A DNA stretch of 61,516 nt, the filler included, from Sphacelaria rigidula (lineage: Eukaryota): the NCBI GenBank assembly GCA_964200075.2. It is 3 parts of 3 records of this genome, joined end to end, with 100 filler letters (N's around TTAATTAATTAA, not from the genome) between each part and the next. Parts side by side here need not be neighbours in the genome. Positions count along the whole stretch, not along the records: positions 41,117 to 61,516 come from CAXNAA020000532.1; 2 more parts are not named here. The stretch is one strand, 5' to 3'. The notes beneath the pieces are model-generated. The model had not been told where the DNA came from and made no database searches. It was given only the letters and a program-made list of their open reading frames with translations. Shown here piece after piece: positions 49,922 to 61,516 of the stretch (positions are counted from its first letter, which is position 1; each line of letters opens with the position of its first letter). The position numbers and the translations under genes are program-made.

Positions 49922-50070
49922 GTGCACGAAGCGTGGCTTGATGGAAATCGCTATGCGGTGAAGGTGCAGAGGCCTGGACTGAAGGAGTTGTTCGAGGTGG
50001 ACCTGAGGAGTATCGGTGCCGTGGCGGCGGTCCTTGACAAGTTCGATCCCAAACTAGACGGTGCATCCAG
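49922..50070 (+). CDS. ABC1 kinase exon 3
   Basis: VHEAW...YAVKVQRPGLKELFEVDL...DPKLDGAS; phase 0 to 2. Confidence 0.95.
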
Positions 50071-50904
50071 GTATCACAGCTGTGAAAAATGTTGATGTTG
50101 CGACCAATTGTTATGGGAAAAAACATACATGATGCGTTTTTTTATGCCATCGTGTAAAGACAGAAAATATTTATGGAATGTGCACGTTGTAGGGGCAGGA
50201 GATGTTTTCTTCTGCAGAGTGTGTTGTGGGTGGATGTCCGACCATAAGCATGACGAGTCCTGCATTACAGAAAACATGACATTGTAGCTACCCAGCCACG
50301 ATCACCTCTTCATCGGGACTAACGTAGCCGGAAAGCTCCACTCCTTACAGGTTATAGATAAAAGTGGAGGTATGCTGGGTTTCGGCTTGTGTATCGAGTG
50401 AGGGATTAGGCTGTGTTTGCTTTACTACCACGGGGAAACGGGCGGCATGTCCAAAACTGGCACCGTGAGTAAAATAGAAGTACAAAAAAAGCTTTTTGGG
50501 GCCCGCGTTTTGCTGGCAAAGCCTAACGACACGTACTGTAATTAGTGCACTGGACTGTGCTGTGCTGTGCTGTGCCGTACTATTACGGCAGCATAGCATT
50601 CGCGTGGATCATGTTGGGCACGAAACATTGTCAGTCAATCTCCGATGCTTCAAAAACTCGAAACAAGGAATCTAACCTTGCTTAACTCTCAGAGAGCGAG
50701 AGTAGGTCATCTGATGAATCGACATCAGTTTCACTTGAAAAAAGATTTCATGATCCAGATAGACTACCCTCGCGGTCTAAGGGTTGAGGCTCCAGCAGCA
50801 TTGCGCAGCATTCACCACTGCTTTCATTGCTCTAGCATGCCTACGGCTTGCTCTGCAGGTTGGTGCGTTGTGTGTTTCCCATTTTTTGAGTTGACGGAGG
50901 TGTG

Positions 50905-51252
50905 TGGTCGTCCCATCTATTGTGGACGCCGGTCTACACCTTTCGGTATATGTGGGCGCACCAGCCCGAGTCACACAGGAAGAAGGCCAACACGGGAGTT
51001 TTTTTCCCCTTTTTTATTTGCGTCAGTTCTCCACCTTATTCCTTCTGCGATGCTTGCCTTTGTGTATTATCGCGAGAGGGATTCGGCAATCCCTTTCCCT
51101 AGTCGACTGTTGAGTCGATTTTTGTGTACTCACGACATAGTCTCTCTCCACTGTTGAGCATTCCGTGAGAAAAAATCCCAGGTCACTCCGAGATTCGAAC
51201 CTACGACCCACCCGTTAGAAGGTTCTGAGGTTACCAACCGAGCCACCGGGGT
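50905..51252 (-). mobile_element. tRNA-derived SINE family A, full copy
   Basis: Head CCCCGGTGGCTCGGTTGGTAA...GGTTCGAATC on the minus strand; body matches 31585-31916. Confidence 0.8.
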
Positions 51253-51539
51253 GGCACGTGTGGACCTACCGGTTGCTCACTGGGCTACGACACCATGCGA
51301 ACCAATCAAAATGCAGGGAAATGCACCTCGATCTACGCTTTCGAATGATCAAACGTTCAATCTATCGCGAGTACAGTATACCGCATGAGAGATGTTTAGG
51401 GTGTTGGGTCGAAGTACGACAGCACCGAGAGCGAAGGCACACCCGGTGCACGAATGATTCGTCCCCGAGTATCGTGTGCTACATGTACGCAGGCGTATGT
51501 GCTCCACGTGAAGATCCCTTGAGTGTCGAAGCAGTTGTT

Positions 51540-51841
51540 GGGTGTACTCATGATCTCGCATGCCATGGTCTTGTGGCCATTGAACTCGCATCCCTACAAA
51601 TCCGGGACGGAGCACACCGGGTTTTCGCCGGATCAGGCTCGCGATCATCCACCAAGCGTGAAGCGCCGTGCTGTGTTCGACGAGTTGCATGGAGGGTGCT
51701 GCGTTCTGCAAAGATTGTTCGGCCCGAAGCGTACTGATCATTTTGCATTTGGATGACAGCCAACAATGGGTTGCTTTATTATCTGGTATTGCCACTTCCA
51801 GAGACAGCGACGGCTCATACACTGCCTCATGGGTGTCTCAC
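51540..51841 (-). mobile_element. ~310-bp LINE-tail element, full copy
   Basis: Matches 26438-26755. Confidence 0.8.
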
Positions 51842-52006
51842 CATCGTCGAAGCAGTTCTTGGGGTAGGACTGTACTCTAGCATCCTAAAGAGGCGATACG
51901 TTGACGTGTTGAGGTAAAGCAACACCAGCAAGTTGATTTTCAGTGACGGCGAAGGATGCACTTTTCGTTCAAATACAATGCCCCAATATACCGATACACC
52001 GAGCAG

Positions 52007-52163
52007 GGATTGGGGAGCTATATTCCGAGAGAGCAGCCGGGTGCTGTACGAGGAAGTGGACTACGTGAGGGAGGGAAAAAACGCCGAGCGGTTTTCAAAT
52101 AACTTCAAAGGGATAGAATGGGTTAAGGCCCCCGCCATCAACTGGTCACGCAGCTCGGGCAAG
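52007..52163 (+). CDS. ABC1 kinase exon 4
   Basis: DWGAIF...LYEEVDYVREGKNAERF...WVKAP; phase 2 to 0. Confidence 0.95.
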
Positions 52164-52772
52164 GTACTTGCTTCGCTTGCTTTTGCAATGCCCGCGGCCA
52201 CCCGCTTGTCATGCGGGGAATCGTAGACACTAGGGGTAACCTACGCGAAATCAACTGTACGGTTAGGCCAGCATGGAGTGTGGCGAAGTGAACGTTAGCA
52301 CTATCCGTCAGTCAGCACGAGATTGTGAAAATACAGGACAAGGAAAGATACCACTCTGATTCGAAACAAGGCCAACACGGATATCCCATAATGGCTTACC
52401 AGTTGCGCAAATGAGCCACTGCGTATTTGCTGTTGCGAACAAATTGTTCCTACACACTGGGAACGCTTGAGGGATAAGATACATTGGAGAGAACGGATGG
52501 AGGACCCCGGGGGTAGATCTGAAGCGTCCGCCCCTGAGGACAGCCAGAGGGTTCTTGAGTGCAAAATGAGGCGATTTGAGGGGCGTTTCGCATCCACCGC
52601 CCTGAGCGCCAAACACCATACTGTTCACTTGAGCTTATTTGTTGCAATTCATCAGTGTTGTGGTTACCCGCAAAAGCAAGCCCGTACTTGGAAACGACAT
52701 CGCATTTTGCTGTTTAATCGAAGAAACATACATAAAGAGCTTCATAAGAAAAAAAGAAAAAAAAACGGTTTC

Positions 52773-52823
52773 GCCGGGGCTTGAATCCTCCCGGGGCTTG
52801 AATCCTCCCGGGGCTTGAATCCC
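52773..52823. repeat. 17-bp tandem repeat x3 (CCGGGGCTTGAATCCTC)
   Basis: Direct reading. Confidence 0.9.
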
Positions 52824-53093
52824 CGCCTGAAGAGGTGAAGGCGCTCCAACTTCCAAGGGTGTACATGCAAAAAATGAGGCACCCCCTTCCCTCATCGACC
52901 CATACTCTATCTCGTACCACACGCTGCCGGTGTAGTTTCACGCCGATCGCTACCGTTGTTGGCCACCTCAAGTTTGTTGGCCCCTGTCCGATGCTCGATC
53001 ATTCTGCACGTCGGCACGGAACGGGGCGGCGTCACAATCTTAAAGTGATGATGACAGAATGTGTAACATGTGCTGCTGTGTATCTCTCCGCAG

Positions 53094-53250
53094 GTATTGT
53101 GTATGGAGTTTTTGGAGGGCATCAAAGTGACCGACATAGATAAGATTGATGCTGCGGGGGTGGACCGTGCCTTGCTTGCGACGCGAACAGCGCAGTGCTA
53201 CTTGTCGCAGCTATGTCGGCATGGGTTCTTCCACTGCGACCCTCACCCAG
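53094..53250 (+). CDS. ABC1 kinase exon 5
   Basis: VLCMEFLEGIK...HGFFHCDPHP; phase 0 to 1. Confidence 0.95.
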
Positions 53251-54739
53251 GTGCGCGGCATACCTTGTTGTGTTTGTGCTATCAGACGACCAGGGAGAAC
53301 TGCTTACTCTCATGCAAAGGTCATTGTGGCAGGTTGTATGAGGAGCCATAACCCGACAACCACCACCTTGGCAAAGCAAGGAAGAAATGGGAGGGGAGAG
53401 GCGGCCATACTCATTTGTTGCCTGCCTTTAGTCGTTTGACCATTAACCACGCATCCCTTCCGGGACGGAGCACCGTTCCTACTCTTAATAGAAAAAAAAC
53501 GAAGCTAAAAATATCCCTGTTTTGTTTTCAGCTTGTCGCCGTTTTATCAAGTTTTTCAGCCACTGTCCAGAAAAAAGAAGACAAAAGCATGATGACAGGA
53601 AGCTGCTGCCTGGACTATGATTAAATCGCGTTTTGGCTTGAAAAGCAGCTGTGAGAACAATCCGTATGCTGCCCAAAACAATCCGTGTTGTGCGGTGGGG
53701 GAGGGTGTGTGCGAGCTCTACTCCCTGGAAAAGAATTCCAAGGCCCCTTGCCTTATTTGGTACAGCAATTCAACTGGGTATGTTGGTGCCTCGGTTATAA
53801 TTCTGACAGTAAATCTGGTCATGTCACGAGAGCGGACACTTTTGAGCCACCACGACATGGACATGGTCGGGTGGGCCCCTTCGCTGTGCAGGGCAAATGC
53901 AAAGACACTATCAGTAGCCGAAAAAAATCACGTCGGTGAGGGCCAGTTTTCGCGACCATGTCCGGAGGGGTATCACATTTGGTGCTCACACTTGATGTTC
54001 TTCACTCTTCGTTTCGTCGGGCGTGCCGCACCCGATACACCCAATATATATCCAGTACACCCAATACTGCTTCCCCAAGCAATGGTGATGGGTTGCACAG
54101 GCCGTTCCGGGGTTTCCAAGAGCTGCGCGAGTGTTTCGTTCACTCTATGTCTCACCCCAAAGCTGTTGTCAGAAGTTGTTCGTGGGGTTTCGCGCGTACT
54201 GTCGTCGTTTTTTCCTTCGAAGCAGTGGGGTTTGGAAGCGTACTAGCTACCCGCACGGGTGGGAGCTGGTGAACAAATCTGTTGTCGAATACGGACTTGG
54301 GTGTTCATTACTTGTCTTTAATGCATCAATATATAACCGCTTTGTTGTCTCTCTCGTACATGTCGATTGCTTGGATGATACGACATATGCCTGTGATACG
54401 TTTAGTGTACCTGGCGATATCCAGCGTCTTGCATGTGTAAACATATGTTGTGAAGTTGTGACCAACACAGTCACGTCGATGCTGACCATGCCTGGTCCTC
54501 ATCAGGCACAACTGTAGTCATGGGTTGTTCCCTTTGTCCGGTAGTTTATTTTACGCCTGTGTGTTTGCTTCTCGGCGCATCGTGAGAGATGGCTTGTCAA
54601 AATGACGGTCTCCACATGTTTGTTGTTGTCCATACCTGTGATCAAACGTCAGTGTTTTACCGCCCTCTTGTGCATCCGTTGTCGTTGTCGCTCTCTACTG
54701 TTGCTATCGTGTTGCTATCGTGTTGCTATCGTGGCGCAG

Positions 54740-54915
54740 GGAACCTGGCGTGCGATGCTGTCGCTGGAGGGCGCATCATCTTCTATGATTTCGGCATGAT
54801 GGATGAACTGACTTTGCCACTAAAGCGTGGCTTGGTTGACTTGCTGGTGGGAATATACGGGAACGATGTGAAGCAAGTGGTGGACTCGCTAGAGTCGATG
54901 GATGTCATTCGAAAG
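54740..54915 (+). CDS. ABC1 kinase exon 6
   Basis: GNL...IIFYDFGMM; phase 1 to 0. Confidence 0.95.
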
Positions 54916-55631
54916 GTGAAGTTATTGTCTTATCTCGCCGCCACTTGCGCTTTCTAAGATGGATGGTGACATGTTGTATGCTATATGTACGAGTATTCGT
55001 CGAATTGCTCAGGCTCTTGAGAGGGAGGAAACCCTCACTGTACAGTATCAATTTCACGATTCAACGCAAAATTGCCGTCGTTTGTCAGGGTAAGGTTTTA
55101 ATTCCATATTCCCTGCTCTTTCGAAAGGTTGATTGCCTTATTTATCATTAAGGGTGTACCTACATGCTGCATGGTGCGTAGTCTCCCTATAAATATGAAC
55201 TGTCTACCGATGCTGAATTTCTAACACTAGTCGTTCGAGTCGGAACGTGACGAGCCACCAACATATACTGTGGTTCTCAAGAAGTTGTAATCGGTCGATT
55301 GGATGGACTGACTTCTCCGACACCGTGTGTTTCATCGAGCGGCATGTCTGGAACAATCAAATGGTGTTGGACTGTTTCGACTTCGGGTCAGAGCTAAGGC
55401 TGGGACTTTACTTGTTTGTTTCTATTCGCTTGTCCAATAGTCGAGTCACCGGGTGGTTGCATCATTTTGTGCAAAGTTGCCGTGTTTTTCTCCAGCTGCT
55501 TGTAAACCTTTGACTGGTTTGACTAATGGACGTATTGACTGACTGAGTCGTTCGGCTGGTTCATTATCTGACTACATGACTGCAATACCGCATCGTTTCG
55601 TGCTTGTACTGTGTTGCACTGGGTTGTTCAG

Positions 55632-55756
55632 GGGGCGGACCGGATGACGGTGGATCGGGTAGCGCGATTTTACCTTGGGGAGTTCCAAAACTCCTTGACC
55701 AAGGGCGGGAAGTACATTAACCAGCTCAATGCAGAAGAGGAGAAGGCACTCGTAAG
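55632..55756 (+). CDS. ABC1 kinase exon 7
   Basis: TTCAG| GADRMTVDRVARFYLGEF...EEEKALV AG|GTGAGA; phase 0 to 2. Confidence 0.9.
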
Positions 55757-56469
55757 GTGAGAGCATGACCATTGATGAACTTCCGTCGGTGTATTGATGC
55801 ACACGTCGACCACGGGGCTGAACAAAAGCGATGAAATGAATTTTGAAGAAGATGATCTGTGGATGGAGATGCCCACGGGCATGCTGCAAGCTGCTATTAC
55901 ATGCTGATAGCTCGGCGAGGTAGTTGCATCATATCTCACCCTTGTTGATACTACTCACGCAATCATTTTTGCTGTGCGCGCGAGGTCGACCTAGTATTGT
56001 TCTTGGGGTATGACCACGGATGAACTCAGTATCGGGGATACCGACGACTGTAAGAAAACATACCGAACACGATCATGTCATGTTCGATTATAAATAGCTT
56101 GGAGAGATCCGCCGGGATTCGAATAGTCTCTAGTCTCTAGTCTGTAGAGACAGAGGATATCGGTAACAGTATGTCACCGTGGGCTCGTACAGCTCTGTAC
56201 GGCATGTATACCTATTGTACGCTGCGCTCGTTGATATTTTGATTCGATTCGCCTTTAGGAGCGGGGCGATTTCACGAATGTTCGCCGACGGCTTCCCATT
56301 TTTAGGCACCCACTTTTTTCGCCCCGATACGTGTCCTTGATACAGTCACAATGTGTTGATCAGCCCAATGTTGTCGTGGCGTGTTGGCAACAATGCCGTT
56401 TCTACGCATGACGTGTTAGTCATTTATTGTCGTGATGCGCCGCAAACGTATCATGACGTTCGTGAGCAG

Positions 56470-56708
56470 GCGTGAGCGAGCGCAGATCGGACAGGATCTG
56501 TTTTCTGGAGACGCGTCGGTTCCTGTCCAGTTTCCCGCGTCTTTCACCTTCGTGTTTAGAGCCTTCACTACCTTGGACGGCATTGGCAAGACGCTCGACA
56601 GCGGCTACGACTTGACCAAGATCGCCTCGCCCTACCTCAAGGAGCTGCTGGCTTTCAAAGACGGCTCGGCTTACGTGACGGCGTGGAAGAAGTGGCAAAA
56701 GAAGCTGG
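56470..56708 (+). CDS. ABC1 kinase exon 8
   Basis: IGQDL...QFPASFTFVFRAFTTLDGIGKTLD...PYLKELL; phase 2 to 1. Confidence 0.95.
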
Positions 56709-57467
56709 GTGAGACTACACTCCGTTGGTACTATTGGCAGACTGAGGTAGAGGTGTTGAAAGTTATCCCATAGATGGGTTTGCACCTTTTTGGCGTTAGT
56801 TGCCCTGTAGCATTACCGTGCTGGCTTGCGGCTTGCATTCTATGCGGTCCTTGAAGGTTTCCCCGCGCGCTGAATCAGGATGGTGCTCGTGTGCTGTGCA
56901 CTTTTCCGGAGACTTTCGCGCTCACGCCATTAGTTTCACGGCCATATAATTGTGCAAGTATGTTCCCAGGCTGAGCAAGTTAGTAAGCTGAATCCACAAG
57001 AGCGGCAGGTTGGAGAACGTGGAACGTGGAAGTGCAAGACTCTAACCCTTGCTGTTCGTCCCTCTTGTACCTCTACACTTGACTACCGTGAACGATGTAC
57101 GATAACACACGTATCTGCGTAACGCTCTTTTCAAGTTCATGGATCGAAAGGACCAGCAACGCGCACTAGATGAGATAAACATGGAGCATGTTGTTGTCCT
57201 TGAGTATAGTGAGCAGGCGCTTAACCTTTCAGTTCGCTCGGCAAAAGAAAACTGTTGCGAGGACATCAAAAACATGTGCACATCGTTTTCGATGATCCAA
57301 GTGTTGCTGTCGTGAAGTGCGGAGGGGGTGTCTGAATGTGTGATGCGCGAGCATGGCATGTACCGTGGGTCCTTGAAACACTGATCATGTTTTCACTTGC
57401 TGCGTGTTGTTCTACCCCGGCATTGTTTCGCGCATTTTCGCATCTTGTGTGTGATACGACTTGTCAG

Positions 57468-57778
57468 GCTGGAGGTATGAAGACGTGGCGAGTGTGGTGC
57501 AGAGTCCGCGACGAGTACAACACGTGAACGAGGTTGTCAGTAAGCTGGAGACAGGAGACCTTCGGCTGAGGGTGAGGGTGCTAGAAAGCGAAGCGGCTTT
57601 CGCGCGAATGGAAGCTACGCAGGGCAGCTTAACCGCGGCCGTTATGGCCTCTCTCTTTCTTAACGCCGGAGTAGCGTTGGCGTCTAGCGCTACGGTGGGA
57701 CCCGCTGTGGCTGGGTCAAGGGTCATGTATGTCCTGGCAGGATTTTTCGGGCTGCAAGTGCCCATCGGCTACTTGAAG
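57468..57778 (+). CDS. ABC1 kinase exon 9
   Basis: KLETGDLRLRVRVLESE followed by two hydrophobic segments; phase 1 to 0. Confidence 0.92.
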
Positions 57779-58404
57779 GTAATGCTGATGCTTCATTACT
57801 CGATTCGACCCAGCCTCTACTATGTTACTGGCTTTGTGTGCGTCGTACAGTCGGATTTTGAAGGCTTCGTATGGCTGTCGCTGTCCAGTATGACGAGCAT
57901 GGCCCCTGCAAGTCGGCTGACAGTCGTACGCTCGAGCCAAATGTGGTACTCTCTGCGGCGTTTCCCAAGTGCTTCTTGTGTTGAATTGCATGCCAGTGGA
58001 TTTCTGCACGATGTAGTACCGCTTATGTAGGAAATGACGTTTGCTCGCGTTTTTCGTCGACGTCCCTGTTGCTTGCCACCCGTTGCTTGTCACCCAAGCG
58101 AACGCTAATTTGTGTATCTGTTATTGCTGCTGACCGAAAGGACGCTTACGTTGCTTCTCAACTCAACTGGGTCATTTTCCGTGTGTTTTCATGCCATCCG
58201 TGCACCTCAGTTAATGTCACACTAGATCTTGCTTATTGAAGAAGCCATGATGTGCTGCTTTCAGAAGCTCCTGTTGTTTCCCAAGTGGATTAATCATACG
58301 CCCACGTATTACTCGTCATCTGAGCAACTCGCGTTTTGCTTTTCAATGCCCGTCTTGCTTTCCAATTGTCCCACTCCCCCGCGTATCTTGACGCTGCACA
58401 CCAG

Positions 58405-58452
58405 GCATGGAGCATGAGTCGTCAGGCCAAATCCGTCAAGGGCTTCCGCTAA
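58405..58452 (+). CDS. ABC1 kinase candidate last exon (AWSMSRQAKSVKGFR*)
   Basis: Pyrimidine-rich tract + ACCAG|, phase 0, short basic tail then TAA. Confidence 0.5.
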   Translation, partial: AWSMSRQAKSVKGFR

Positions 58453-60409
58453 CGTGCTTAAATGTACCGTAGTTGGATTGATTGCTGCACCCCCTTTCTG
58501 CCTTTGCTCGTATTGTGCTGGTAGTAGGGTGTGTGCGTGTGTGCTTTACCAGGGTCTCGCTTTTACGCTGTGGGAACACGTTGAGCCACAATAAAGCACT
58601 TGTGCGCACGCAGATATTTTGCTTTCGACAGCTTCCGACAGCTAGATCACAGTTGGTCAGAGGCTGAGTTTAGAACTCTGCTCGCTCACTCGTCGATTCC
58701 AGCACGAACTTGTGGAACATATATAAGTGAAAATAAATTTGAATGTGTGCTATCCGAGTCTTCTTGTTACCTGTTCCGTGTTCATGTTCTAGTGAGGACA
58801 AGAAAAATGATAGGTGTCTTTAGTCATGGCCGCTGACGACGACGGGAGAAGGCGAGGCAGCAGATGAAGAGTGCGTGTGCCTGGTTGCCTTAATTACTCT
58901 CCTCGCCCCCACCCTACCAAGACCGTGTTTTGACTGATTCGATTTAGGTAGTGTGATCAACAGTTATTCCTTCTACTGGTTGTACTCGGGTAGCCTGCCG
59001 TACGCGCCATGATGGTAGCAGCTGCCTTTGTTGGCTTGTGCACCTTTGTAAGTCTGTTTACCTCTTCGTGAAGTCACTGGGTATCTACACGAAATATGTT
59101 GAGCGTGCGGCATTTGGGACCAGTGTCTGTGCAAGAAACGCTCCACCGGCATTCGCCGACATCATGCCAGCGACGGGTGCGAGCTTTCTCGGACGAGTGC
59201 GCCACATATCATGCTTGCCACTGGAGTTATTAGGTTTGAAGGCTCATCGGCAGGTGGCGCAAAGGGCTGCCGTGCTGGCGTTGTCAATTCCGAGTGTTTG
59301 GAGAGGTTGCAGTGGTGCATGTCGTGACACTGTTGTGATGTTGACTCTAGTGCGTGGCGGCCGTTGTTGGTTTTTTTCCAGTACCTTGTGACGGCCTCTT
59401 TCGAGGGTTTGTACCATACTTTTCGTTGCGCTGTAATTACAGCGGTAAGATTGAGGGGGATAATTGGATTGAGTCGCGTGTGCGCCAAGACAGCAGTACA
59501 TGTCATGAAAGAGCAGTCTTGAGAAAAAGTAGAGCCAATTGGGGAAACCGTCTCATTCGAGAAGAGAGATGCACTAGAAAATATAACGTGGGTGCGGATT
59601 GTTGCATGAAGCTGTCCCCGGGGTATCGCGCCTTGCGAAATGAGGGGTGCATTGTGTGTGAGCGACTTCTGGTGCATTGTATGTCATTATTAGACGAGTG
59701 ATGACTTTGTGATGATCTGGCACAAAATGGAGTTTCAAACCTAAATCCCTTGTTTCATATCCCGACGGAGGGGGGGGCTTCATGCGCGATGGTGTTGCTG
59801 TGCAGTACAGTGGAGTCCGTTGCGGATATCCAGGCACCCTGCCATAACAATTACGGGGAACGGTCGTGCCTGGGTGCTGACATAGACGGACGGCCAGGAC
59901 GATCTTCCCCCTCTGGAAAAATAAAACAGGTGCGCTCAACACATGGCGTCGATTGCACGAACGTGAGCATCGAGTTTACGTTCGATTCGTCCAGTCATCA
60001 AGGCCTCGGTTGTGTTGCGAACAACAGCTCCCAATTATAGTGGCTTTCTCCAGATGCTGGGGGTGCTACTACGCATCCGCTTGCTATCGCTGATTGCTCC
60101 AGATGTTTGTTAGTTGTCGGGACAGAATGGGTTGTAATCTACTGCGCTATCCCAAATAACCCGATGCACCACAAGTGTATGCTCTAGGTGCTGTCACTAG
60201 GGGCTCATTTTCGTTGATGAACCTAGTCACCATACTCTGCTCAAACCCACCGAGATAAGGTCAGGTGTTGCAGCCACATGCAGGTTCACGAACGTGCCGT
60301 CACGTCATTATATTCCAATTTTACTCTGTGAAACTGGTTTCTGCTGCCGGAAAAAAATCGACTCACCGGATTTTTTCGAAATGATTTTTCCGACTCGATT
60401 CTTGCCACG

Positions 60410-61128
60410 TTTTTTTGCTGGATTTTTCCACTCTACAACCCCTTTTGATTTCGGTTTCTTGGGAATAACTTTGTCAAACAGACACCAAACACATCCTGCT
60501 CAAAGGGGCACCTGGACACACAGCGGTTGCCGCTGTCTACCTAGTATCATCCTCCAAATCGAAGTCTTGAGTGAGACCGCCCAGCGTTTGGTGCACATCT
60601 ACAAGGATGACCTACATCTGGTGCCATACTCCAAAACGCACCCGACAAGGAGGCTGCATCCCCGTACAGACAGTAGGAATGCCAGTGAATCCTACGTCCT
60701 GACAGTCTGGCAGCCGGCAAGGTGATGATGGTAGTGTCCTAGCGATATCAACTTACAGGGCACTGTAGCAGAGTTTGCACGGGAATATTTCGGGGATTGC
60801 CTCACCTGCAGTTCGCCCAGATGTTGCGGATCTTTTCACGATATCACTGAGTACAATCAATTTCACAAAGTGAATGAAGTTGGTTTGTGCTGCGGATCAA
60901 AAATCAAGTTTTTTTGCGACTCCGTTTTTGCGACCTGACTCTTGCGATCGGATTCTTGCGATATTTTTTTTGGATCAGGATGCTTGCGATAGTTTTTTGC
61001 TAGATTTTTCCACTCTAAACCCCCTAGTTTTGGGGGGATCACTTCGTCAAACGGACACTAAACGCATCCTGCTCCAAGGGGGACCTGGACAAACAGCAGT
61101 TGCCGCTACTCCAAATCGAAGTGTTGTG
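60410..61128. repeat. Diverged direct duplication of ~150 bp (~60410-60572 and ~60993-61128)
   Basis: Shared GATTTTTCCACTCTA...CATCCTGCTC..GGGG.ACCTGGACA...GTTGCCGCT...CTCCAAATCGAAGT. Confidence 0.75.
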
Positions 61129-61516
61129 GTCGAGTCTCAGGGTGGGCGTACTAGGCTCGTGAGACATGGGCTGGGGGTGGTGAAACACCAGCGGCCAGCA
61201 TAACCGGTACTGCAGCAAGCAGTGTGTTACACCAGAGACTCGCCAGAGAGTTCGGTTCAAACAGCATTGCATGCATCATGCAAAACACAGGCTTACTTTC
61301 ACGTGCAGAAGCGTCATCTTGACTTGCTTGCAAGCGAGATGTCTCCAAGTGGTGGCTGATAGCTTTGTCATTAGGCTTAGCTACTGGACAACTAAAACCT
61401 AAGTTGCTTGATGGTGGAAGTTGGAAGTGGGGCGGGGTGGGTGCTGTGGCGAAATCACGCCATCACGATTGAGTATATAGTGGATCCTGGATGATGACCA
61501 GGGGACAAGGGCATCC

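Noticed and set aside
59038..59701. Overlapping 100-170 aa ORFs downstream of the kinase
   Set aside because: No recognisable motifs or consistent splice chain; may be 3' UTR or decayed repeat.

Overview
This is eukaryotic, intron-rich and repeat-rich genomic DNA. Splice style, the plastid-type ABC1 kinase and the repeat families suggest a brown alga (stramenopile); this is an inference. The window is not one locus. It is three pieces of about 20.4 kb (1-20461, 20562-41016, 41117-61516) joined by artificial 100-bp linkers (44 N + TTAATTAATTAA + 44 N), so adjacency across the linkers has no biological meaning. Piece 1 holds a phase-consistent plus-strand gene of about 12 exons and unknown function (>=559 codons, 3' end missing). 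Its introns contain a truncated Ty1/Copia element with a probable LTR, MITEs and LINE 3' ends. Piece 2 holds a minus-strand ZCCHC17/pNO40-like S1-domain + zinc-knuckle gene with a long RS/RGG N-terminal extension, head-to-head with a poorly resolved plus-strand gene. Piece 3 holds a 10-exon ABC1K7/8-like atypical kinase (about 882 aa) with a divergent unknown gene upstream. The most unusual structure is a composite non-autonomous TIR element present twice, with 8-bp TSDs, an internal duplicate of its left end, ~41-bp subterminal arrays and a ~700-bp captured core. There are also two tRNA-headed SINE families and a ~310-bp element with a fixed 5' end and a LINE-like tail. I found no convincing CRISPR array, rRNA, true tRNA or ribozyme. 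All exon models were read by hand and need RNA-seq confirmation.
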